A DNA stretch of 64,000 nt from Thermodesulfobacteriota bacterium (GTDB lineage Bacteria; Desulfobacterota; Desulfobaccia; Desulfobaccales; 0-14-0-80-60-11), in assembly GCA_049322355.1 (NCBI GenBank), contig JBMORG010000001.1, positions 19,410-83,409 on the forward strand. The letters are read 5' to 3'. A model generated the notes under the pieces. It searched no databases. It was not told the DNA's origin and saw nothing but the letters and a program-made list of their open reading frames with translations. This document shows, piece after piece, positions 45,854 through 54,500 of the stretch. The translations under genes and the position numbers were made by a program. Position 1 is the stretch's first letter. Every line of letters begins with the position of its first letter.

Positions 45854-48504
45854 CCCGCATTTCTCAGCAGCAACTGGAATCCTATCTCTGGGGCGCGGCC
45901 ACCCTCTTACGGGGGACCATTGACGCCGGAGACTACAAGCAGTTTATCTTCCCACTGCTGTTCTACAAACGGCTTTGCGACGTTTTCGATGAGGAGACCT
46001 TGTTGGCCCTGGCTGAGTCCGGAGGGGATGCCGACTTCGCCGCCTATCCGGAGAACCACCGGTTCCAGATCCCGGTTGAGGCCTATTGGCGAGAAGTGCG
46101 GCAAGTAGCCAGGGACGTGGGACGTACCCTGCAAAACGCCCTCCGGGCCATAGAAACCGCCAATCCTGATAAGCTCTACGGCATCTTCGGCGATGCCCAA
46201 TGGACCAACAAGGACCGCCTCCCCGACGCCATGCTACGGGACCTGATCGAGCACTTTTCCTCTCTCCATCTCACCCTGACCAACCTGCCGGAAGACGAGC
46301 TGGGCAACGGCTACGAATACCTCATCAAGAAGTTCGCCGACGACTCCGGTCACACTGCCGCCGAGTTCTACACCAACCGCACGCTGGTCCACCTTATGAC
46401 TGAAATGCTGGACGTGCAACCCGGGGAATCCGTCTACGACCCCACCTGCGGTTCCGGTGGCATGTTGCTTTCCTGCATTGCCCATCTGCGCCGGCAGAAT
46501 AAGGAGTGGCGAAACGTCCGCCTCTACGGGCAGGAGCGGAACCTTATGACTTCCGCCATCGCCCGGATGAACTGCTTCCTCCACGGCGTCGAGGACTTTC
46601 ACATCGTGCGCGGCGACACCCTGGCCTCGCCCAAGTTCGTGGAGGGTGACCGCCTCCGGCGCTTTGACGTGGTGCTGGCCAATCCGCCCTATTCCCTCAA
46701 GCAGTGGAACCGTAGCGCCTTCACCAATGATCCCTGGGGCCGCAACCTCTTCGGCACCCCGCCCCAGGGCCGGGCCGACTATGCCTTCTGGCAGCATATT
46801 ATCTGCAGCCTGGCGCCCCGGACTGGCCGCTGCGCCATCCTTTTTCCCCATGGCGTGCTCTTTCGCCAGGAAGAAGCGGACATGCGCTCCAAACTCATCG
46901 AGGCCGACCTCATCGAGTGCGTTCTGGGCCTGGGGCCGAACCTCTTCTACAACTCGCCCATGGAGGCCTGCGTTGTCGTCTGCCGGACGGCAAAACCCAA
47001 GGCCCGCAAAGGCAAGATCCTCTTCATCAACGCGGTCAACGACGTCACCCGGGAACGGGCCCAGAGTTTCCTTAATGATGCGCATATTCAGCGCATCCTC
47101 GCCATTTACCAGGCGTTCCAGGATGAGTCAGGTTTTGCCCGCGCGGTATCCATCGAAGAAATACGCTCCAAAGGCGGCAACCTGAGCATCCCGCTTTACG
47201 TCTCCGCACCAAAAGCTAACGGACAACTCCAGGTTTCGGCAAACGGCTCTTTGTCAGAATCGCTTACCGCGTGGCTGTCGTCAGCCCGCAACGCCCGAAG
47301 TGCTATTGCCGCCGTCCTTGAGTCTAAAGCGATCAAGGAAAATGACAGCTTAGCTGCCAAGCCGACCAATACATTGCCCGCATGGCTGAAACGGGATGAA
47401 TGGAAGAGGCTGCCGTTTAGCTGCTTCGCGGAGAACGTCAACCAGCGTGTCGAGCCCATCGAGGCGGGGGATGAAATTTACGTGGGATTGGAGCATCTCG
47501 ACTCAGAGAATCTGCATATACGGAGGTGGGGCAAAGGAAGCGATGTCATCGGCACCAAGTTAAGGTTCCGCAAGGGAGATCTGATTTTCGGCCGGCGCCG
47601 CGCTTACCAGCGCAAACTGGCGGTGGCCCAGTTCGACGGTATCTGCTCAGCGCACGCCATGGTGGTGCGCGCCAAGCCGGACGAGGTGCTGCCGGAGTTC
47701 TTGCCCTTCCTGATGATGAGCGACCGCTTCATGAATCGGGCGGTGGAGATTTCCGTCGGCTCACTCTCGCCCACCATCAATTGGAAGACCTTGAAGTTTG
47801 AAGAGTTCTCCCTCCCCCCACTGGACCAGCAGCGGCGCATTGCAGAAATTCTTTGGTCGGTGGATGAGGTGGAACAACGGTTGCAGCAACTAAATCAAGC
47901 TGTAGCCGGAGCCATGGATTCATGGTTGGACGAGCAGCTTTCTTATAACGTCCGTGAGATTAGAATCAATGATTTTGGCGAAGTAGTTACTGGAACTACA
48001 CCCAAAACATCTGGAAAGCATTTTTACGATCCCCCGGAACGCCTATTTGTTTCTCCTGCTGATATAACTGACTCTCGCTACGTGACGACAACGGAAAAAC
48101 GTGTTTCCCAAACTGGACTGGAATCGGGACGCCCAATTCCACGTGATGCTATCATGGTTGTCTGCATAGGTTCTACCATAGGTAAGGTCGCGATGGCCAG
48201 CGAGCTGTGCATCACGAACCAACAGATAAACTCAGTAATCTGCAACTCTGAATATCATCCTTTGGTTGTCTACCACTTATTGCGCCGCCAGCATAACTTG
48301 TTCCGGCAGACAGCAGGATGTACAGCACTTCCCATCCTTAACAAAGGCCAATTTGGGTCTCTACGGATTCGAGTCCCTAAACCTGGAAGGGACCAACAAA
48401 TCGCCAAAAAAATGATTGAGTTTGAACAAGCAGTCAATACGACCATAGAGGAATTAACCATCGCAAGAAACCTAAAAACCACAATGGTCAACTATCTATT
48501 ATGA
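45850..48504 (+). CDS. hsdM-hsdS: Type I R-M methyltransferase (second HsdM paralogue) fused in frame to a complete HsdS specificity subunit
   Basis: The N-terminal ~470 aa parallel the first HsdM (FGDAQWTNKDRL, LRDLIEHFS, YEYLIKKFAD, YDPTCGSGGML, VLANPPYS, GLGPNLFY). The C-terminal ~400 aa have two target-recognition-like regions separated by the conserved spacer LPPLDQQRRIAEILWSVDEVEQRL. The C-terminal helix is QQIAKKMIEFEQAVNTTIEEL. Confidence 0.8.
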   Translation: MTRISQQQLESYLWGAATLLRGTIDAGDYKQFIFPLLFYKRLCDVFDEETLLALAESGGDADFAAYPENHRFQIPVEAYWREVRQVARDVGRTLQNALRAIETANPDKLYGIFGDAQWTNKDRLPDAMLRDLIEHFSSLHLTLTNLPEDELGNGYEYLIKKFADDSGHTAAEFYTNRTLVHLMTEMLDVQPGESVYDPTCGSGGMLLSCIAHLRRQNKEWRNVRLYGQERNLMTSAIARMNCFLHGVEDFHIVRGDTLASPKFVEGDRLRRFDVVLANPPYSLKQWNRSAFTNDPWGRNLFGTPPQGRADYAFWQHIICSLAPRTGRCAILFPHGVLFRQEEADMRSKLIEADLIECVLGLGPNLFYNSPMEACVVVCRTAKPKARKGKILFINAVNDVTRERAQSFLNDAHIQRILAIYQAFQDESGFARAVSIEEIRSKGGNLSIPLYVSAPKANGQLQVSANGSLSESLTAWLSSARNARSAIAAVLESKAIKENDSLAAKPTNTLPAWLKRDEWKRLPFSCFAENVNQRVEPIEAGDEIYVGLEHLDSENLHIRRWGKGSDVIGTKLRFRKGDLIFGRRRAYQRKLAVAQFDGICSAHAMVVRAKPDEVLPEFLPFLMMSDRFMNRAVEISVGSLSPTINWKTLKFEEFSLPPLDQQRRIAEILWSVDEVEQRLQQLNQAVAGAMDSWLDEQLSYNVREIRINDFGEVVTGTTPKTSGKHFYDPPERLFVSPADITDSRYVTTTEKRVSQTGLESGRPIPRDAIMVVCIGSTIGKVAMASELCITNQQINSVICNSEYHPLVVYHLLRRQHNLFRQTAGCTALPILNKGQFGSLRIRVPKPGRDQQIAKKMIEFEQAVNTTIEELTIARNLKTTMVNYLL

Positions 48505-51476
48505 AAACCTTCACCGAATCCAACACCGTCGAACAGATGATCCTGGATGCCGCCACGTCGCCATTGGGCGCGGGCGAAGTCCGACAGGGCTATGCAGTAG
48601 ATTCGCTGGGCAGAGAGTTTCGACCGGCCCAGTGGAAGTACGTCCCTGCCACCGAACTCCCCCGCCAAAGCGCAGACGTCATGATCGAGACCTGGGTTCG
48701 AGAAGCGCTAATCAGGCTCAATCCCGAGATCGCTGCCCAGCCTGAACGGGCCGACGAGGTCATTTATAATCTGCGGGCCTGCATCCTCTCGGTGCAAGCC
48801 GATGGCATCGTGCGCGCCAACGAAAATTTCATGGCCTGGCTCCGGGGCGAAAAGACCATGCCCTTCGGGCCGGGTGGTGAACACGTCCCTATCCGTTTGG
48901 TAGATGCCGACCAGCCGGGCAACAACCGTCTTATCGTCACCAACCAATGGACATACCAAGCCGGACCGGTGGAGAAACGGTTCGATGTGGTCTTTGTGGT
49001 CAACGGCCTGCCCCTGGTCGTCGGCGAGGCTAAGACCCCTTCCCGCAGCGCGGTTACCTGGTTTGATGGCGCCTTTCAGATCAACCAGATCTATGAAAAA
49101 GAGGCGCCGGCCATGTTTGTTCCCAACGTCTTTTCCTTTGCCACCGAAGGCAAGCGCTACCGCTACGGCGCAGTGCGCATGCCTATCGACCTGTGGGGCC
49201 CCTGGCGGGATGAGGAAAACCAGGAGGAAGGGCAACTCCACCATGTCAAGGCTACGGTCCAGAGCATGCTCCGGCCCGAAGTGGTGCTGGACATCTCCCA
49301 GAACTTCACCCTGTTCGCCACCGATAAGAAACATCGCCGCATCAAAATCATCTGCCGTTACCAGCAGTATGAAACTGTCAATAAGATGGTGGCCCGGGTG
49401 GTGGCAGGCTACCCCAAGAAAGGCCTGATCTGGCATTTCCAGGGTAGCGGCAAATCCCTGCTCATGGTCTTTGCGGCTCAAAAGCTCCGGCTGCATGAGA
49501 AACTTCTTAATCCCACGGTAATCATCGTGGTGGACCGCATCGACCTGGACACCCAGATCACCGCCACTTTCAACGCCGCAGACGTGCCCAACATGGTGGG
49601 GGTGGCGACTCGCCAGGAGTTGCAGACTCTGCTGGGCCAGGACGTGCGTAAGGTGCTCATTACCACTATCCACAAATTCGCCGAGGCGGACGACAGACTG
49701 AATGAGCGGTCCAACATCATCGTGATGGTGGACGAAGCCCACCGCACCCAGGAAGGGGACCTGGGGCGCAAGATGCGCGCCGCGCTGCCCAATGCTTTCC
49801 TCTTTGGCCTCACCGGCACACCCATCAACAAGGCCGACCGGAACACCTTCTGGGCCTTCGGCGCCGACGAGGACGAGAAGGGCTATATGAGCCGCTACTC
49901 GTTTGAGGAATCCATCCGGGACCGGGCCACCCTGCCCCTGCATTTTGAGGCCCCGGAAGTCAAGCTGAAGATTAACAAGGCAGCCATTGACGAAGCCTAC
50001 GCCCAGCTTACCGACCAACTGAGTGAGCAGGATAAAGATGATCTGGCCAAACGAGCCGCCAAAATGGCCGTGTTGGTGAAAAACCCCGAGCGGGTGCGGG
50101 CCGTAGTCCAGCATATCGTCTCGCACTTCCAATCTAAAGTAGAGCCCAATGGTTTCAAAGCGCAGGTAGTGACCTTCGACCGGGAGTGCTGTGTCCTTTA
50201 TAAGCAGGTGATGGACGAGTTAATCGGCGAGGAAGCCAGCGCGATTGTTATGCATTACGCAGCGGGCGATCCCTCGGCATGGAAGCCGTATGCGCTCAAC
50301 CGTGATGAAGAAGAGAAATTGCTGGATCGGTTCCGGGACACGGCCGACCCGCTGAAGTTCGTCATTGTCACCTCAAAACTCCTGACAGGCTTCGACGCCC
50401 CCATCCTTCAGGCGATGTATCTCGACAAACCCATGAAGGACCATAACCTCCTGCAGGCCATCTGCCGGACCAACCGCACCTATGGCCAGACCAAGACCCA
50501 TGGCCTGATTGTGGACTATATAGGCATTTTTGACGATGTGGCCCGGGCCCTGGACTTTGACGAAAAGGCGGTCCAGAAGGTGGTGAGCAACATTGACGAA
50601 CTGCGTCAGGCGCTCCCAATGCAGATGCAGAAATGCCTCGCCTTTTTCGCCGGCGTAGATCGTACCGTAGGGGGTTATGAGGGCCTGATGGCCGCCCAGC
50701 AGTGCCTACCAAACAATGAGACCCGGGATAAATTTGCGGCTGAATTCTCGGTACTGGGCACCATTTGGGAGGCGCTCTCACCTGATCCGTGTCTGGGTCC
50801 TTATGAAAAGGATTACCGGTGGCTGACCCAGGTTTATGAATCGGTGAAGCCACCCAGCGGTAATGGCAAGCTACTCTGGCACGCCCTGGGGGCCAAGACG
50901 GTGGAGCTCATCAACCAGAACGTGCACGTGGAGTCTGTCCGTGACGACCTGGAGACGCTGGTGCTCAACGGCCAGGTATTGGAAGACTTCCTCAAGGATA
51001 TTGAACCGGGCAAAAGGGCGAAGGAAGTCGAGATTAAGCTGGTGGCCCGGTTGCGCAAGCATCTTGGCAACCCCAAATTTACCGCCCTGGGCGAGCGCCT
51101 GGAAAAGATCAAAGAGCGCCATGAACAGGGCCTTATTACCAGCCTGGAGTTCCTAAAGCAAATTCTCGAGCTGGCCAAAGATGTGGTTGAAGCCGAGAAG
51201 GAAACCGACCCCGAGGAGGAGCGGGATAAAGCCAAAGAGGCCCTTACTGAGCTGTTTAAGGAAGCTAAGGGGACAAACACCCATATTATCGTTGAACGTA
51301 TTGTGGCGGACATCGACGACATCGTGAAGAAGGTTCGTTTCCCCGACTGGCAGCGTACCACCCAGGGCGAACGCCTGGTACAAAAGGAACTGAGGAAGGT
51401 ATTGCTTAAGTACCAGCTTCATCGCGACCAGGAGCTTTTTGATAAGGCTTACGCTTACATAAGGCAATATTATTGA
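48501..51476 (+). CDS. hsdR: Type I restriction enzyme R subunit (SF2 translocase plus nuclease)
   Basis: FQGSGKSLLM (Walker A), MVDEAHRTQ (DEAH), LTGFDAP and QAICRTNR are present. The start overlaps the upstream stop (ATGA at 48501-48504). Confidence 0.9.
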   Translation: MKTFTESNTVEQMILDAATSPLGAGEVRQGYAVDSLGREFRPAQWKYVPATELPRQSADVMIETWVREALIRLNPEIAAQPERADEVIYNLRACILSVQADGIVRANENFMAWLRGEKTMPFGPGGEHVPIRLVDADQPGNNRLIVTNQWTYQAGPVEKRFDVVFVVNGLPLVVGEAKTPSRSAVTWFDGAFQINQIYEKEAPAMFVPNVFSFATEGKRYRYGAVRMPIDLWGPWRDEENQEEGQLHHVKATVQSMLRPEVVLDISQNFTLFATDKKHRRIKIICRYQQYETVNKMVARVVAGYPKKGLIWHFQGSGKSLLMVFAAQKLRLHEKLLNPTVIIVVDRIDLDTQITATFNAADVPNMVGVATRQELQTLLGQDVRKVLITTIHKFAEADDRLNERSNIIVMVDEAHRTQEGDLGRKMRAALPNAFLFGLTGTPINKADRNTFWAFGADEDEKGYMSRYSFEESIRDRATLPLHFEAPEVKLKINKAAIDEAYAQLTDQLSEQDKDDLAKRAAKMAVLVKNPERVRAVVQHIVSHFQSKVEPNGFKAQVVTFDRECCVLYKQVMDELIGEEASAIVMHYAAGDPSAWKPYALNRDEEEKLLDRFRDTADPLKFVIVTSKLLTGFDAPILQAMYLDKPMKDHNLLQAICRTNRTYGQTKTHGLIVDYIGIFDDVARALDFDEKAVQKVVSNIDELRQALPMQMQKCLAFFAGVDRTVGGYEGLMAAQQCLPNNETRDKFAAEFSVLGTIWEALSPDPCLGPYEKDYRWLTQVYESVKPPSGNGKLLWHALGAKTVELINQNVHVESVRDDLETLVLNGQVLEDFLKDIEPGKRAKEVEIKLVARLRKHLGNPKFTALGERLEKIKERHEQGLITSLEFLKQILELAKDVVEAEKETDPEEERDKAKEALTELFKEAKGTNTHIIVERIVADIDDIVKKVRFPDWQRTTQGERLVQKELRKVLLKYQLHRDQELFDKAYAYIRQYY

Positions 51477-51569
51477 AGTTCATATATTACAAAAAACATT
51501 GTTAAGTTTGTATGAAGAAACGCAAAGTGGATTGTCATTCATTGATCAATCCTGGGTCCATTCATAGAG

Positions 51570-54500
51570 GTGGCAAGTTCAATGACAGATGAGGAAAAGA
51601 GCCTATCCCTCCTGCGATTTCTGAAGGATGTAGTTTCCATCAGAAGGCAACGTCTGCCGCGTTATACCGACAACGATAAGCTTATATGGTTTACCAAGCT
51701 CCCTCGAGAACGCCAGGAATGCCGTTCCCCCCTTCTTTTTTGGGAATCAGAGGAGACGCCTGATTTTTGGTTAGAAGTTAAGAAGACCCGCCCGCCATTA
51801 CGAGCGTCCCTCCCCGGAGAACTTACTGATTGGATTGACTCCAAAGAATTGGAAGATGTAAACAAAGAACCTGAAATCCCCTCCTCCATTACTGTCTTTG
51901 TCGAACAGAACGTGCCGGACCCGGAAGCACCGCCAGGGCAACAACGTATTATTACGGAAAAAGTTCCAGTCCAGCACCACCTTGAGGATTACCCTAAGCT
52001 GCAAGAAGCATGGCTCAATTATCTTGTTAATGAATGGGAGCCATGGGCTGAGAAGAAACGTCGTTGGCAAGAAGTTCAAACTATTTATGAAGACGTTGAC
52101 TTCATGCGGCGGCGGCTGGAAGAATCTGAAGAGCGTTTTGAACTGTTTTTAGGCCTTGGATTACTTGTTTGGAAAGATTCTACGGAGAAACTAGTCCGAC
52201 GTCATCTTCTCACTGGACTTGCTGAAATAGACTTTGATGCTGCCCGTGGGATTCTCCGAGTTGTTCCGGCCGCTACTTTTGAGACATTCCGCATTGAAAT
52301 GGACATGCTTGAACTCCAGGATCGCCCACGGATTGACGAACAACAAATCCAAAAAAAACTTGAAGATTTAGATATCAATGCCTGGGATACATGCAAGGTA
52401 GGGGAAATCCTGCGTGAAATTGCCAATAGGGCTAAAGGAGACTCCCAGGTAGATGAGGATTCTTTTGAAATCCCGCGGCCTGGAGATAACACTCTTAGGG
52501 TTTCTTTTGCGCCAGCTTTTGTTTTACGTGAACGTCGTTTCACCGCACCGGAAGAGGTAATCGGGCGACTTTTGGATCGAATAAGCGACTCACCTAACGA
52601 AACCACTAAGCCCTGGGACCAATTTTTAGCCGAAGGAGTTTCAAATGATCAAGAGGTTAATAATGTTTTTGGAGAGAACACTATCACTTACCCCCAATCG
52701 GTTGAACGCATATTCTTTCCTCGGCCCACAAATGAGGAGCAGCGTCAAATAATTCATCGCCTTCAAGCCTCGTCATCCGTAGTGGTGAAAGGTCCACCAG
52801 GTACCGGGAAAAGCAATACCATAGCCAACCTTATAAGCCATCTTTTGGCTACTGGGGAACGGGTCCTGGTGACTGCCCAGGCACCTAAGGCGCTCGATGT
52901 CCTTCGGAACATGGTTCCCCGAGGTCTTCAGAACCTGTGTCTTACTGCATTGAGTTCCTCCAGAGAGGATCAACGCCTCTTGGAGGAAGGGGTTCGGGGT
53001 ATTGTTGGTCGAAAAAATGATTGGGAAACGGAAAAGGAGAACTGGCCTCACGAGATAACAGAACGAGATCTTCGATTAAACCATCTGGAAAAAGAACTGG
53101 CAAACACCGAGCGTCAATTGAGGGAATACCGTGAGGCTGAAACTTTCCCTCATATCTTGCCAGGTGGTTACGAGGGGACCGCAGCCCAAATCGCCAGACA
53201 ACTGGAGCAAGAGCGTGAAACCCTGGGGTGGTTCCCCGAAGTTGTTCAGAGCCAAAATAATTTTCCCTTATCTGAAGATGAATTACTACTCTTGGCTGAA
53301 ATGCATAGAAAATTAACTCCTGAGAACGAACAAGAGCTGGATTTGGAAACCGGAGATTTTGACCTCCTCAGCCCTTCGGATTTTTCACACGTTTTGACTG
53401 GCTTAGAGGAGGCAATTGAAAAGGCCGACACTGCCTCACAAAGTGCTGATCCCGACAAATTGGAAATTTTGAAAGATTCCGCTACCGAGACCATCAACAA
53501 GACAGCAATCACTCTTAAAACAATAGAAGAAAATTGGCTACGCTCTACCCGTGCCTTGGGGGAGATGGCTCATTCAGTATATGAAGATTTATTGGTGACC
53601 CATCGAAGCCATTGGAATCTTCTTTATCAACACACTAAGACAATCCTTGAGCAAATCGAAGTCAATCAGGAAAGACTTGCCGGGGCTGAAGTACATATCC
53701 CCCCAGAGTTGAGCCTTCCTCAGCTTTTAAGCGATACAGAGCGTCGCTTAGATCACCTTGTTAAGGGGGGTCGGATAGGCATATGGTTTTTTCAACCAAA
53801 AATCATCAGGGAGACCAATTATCTCGAAGAACAATGCCGAGTGAATGGTTGTCGACCGCAAGAGCAAGAGCATCTCGAAAGGATAATAGCCTGTCTACGT
53901 TTGCAAGCTAACATACAAGAATTCCAGGCACAATGGCCCCAACCCATCGATATTATGAATGGGGATAATATCCGGGCTGCCATGGCCGCCCGAGAGTTGG
54001 TGACCGAATTGGAACACATCCTGTCTCTGTTTGATGATTTCGGTAATGACGTCGTTCCATGTATACCGGTATCGTTTAGAGCCACTCTGGGTAGTCAAGC
54101 GCAACGGTTAATTTGGCTTAAAGCCATTGAAGCAGAACTTGCCCGCCGTGATCTTGAAACCCATCAGGAACCACTGTCTGATTGCCACCAGCAAATCCAG
54201 AGTTGCCTCAATAGTGGTAGGGCCCATCCATCCTTGTCCAGACTTGCTGAAGCCATATATGCTCACGACCGTGCAGCTTGGCATGGAGCTTGGGAACAGC
54301 GAGAAATTGTTAAGGAAAACCGCCTGCGCCTGAAAAAGTATCGTGAACTGATTAGTCGGCTCAGACCCCTTAGCCCCGGTTTGCCAGAGTTGTTACAGAC
54401 CCATCAAGGCGATCAAGAATGGACACCTCGGCTTTTGGCATTGGAGAAAGCCTGGCATTGGGCTTTAGCCTGCAACTGGATTGCGGCAACTTCAGACCCA

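Noticed and set aside
46234-47085. A 283-aa minus-strand ORF and a 179-aa plus-strand alternative-frame ORF (46646-47185) inside the hsdM-S fusion gene.
   Set aside because: They overlap a well-supported methyltransferase frame. Their compositions are Ala/Gly/Pro/Arg-rich shadow-ORF types with no start context.
48708-50132. A 474-aa ORF on the minus strand, antisense to hsdR.
   Set aside because: It lies entirely within, and antisense to, a gene with unambiguous HsdR motifs. Its translation is low-complexity (Gly/Val/His/Leu-rich) with no motifs. Long antisense ORFs are expected in GC-rich coding DNA.
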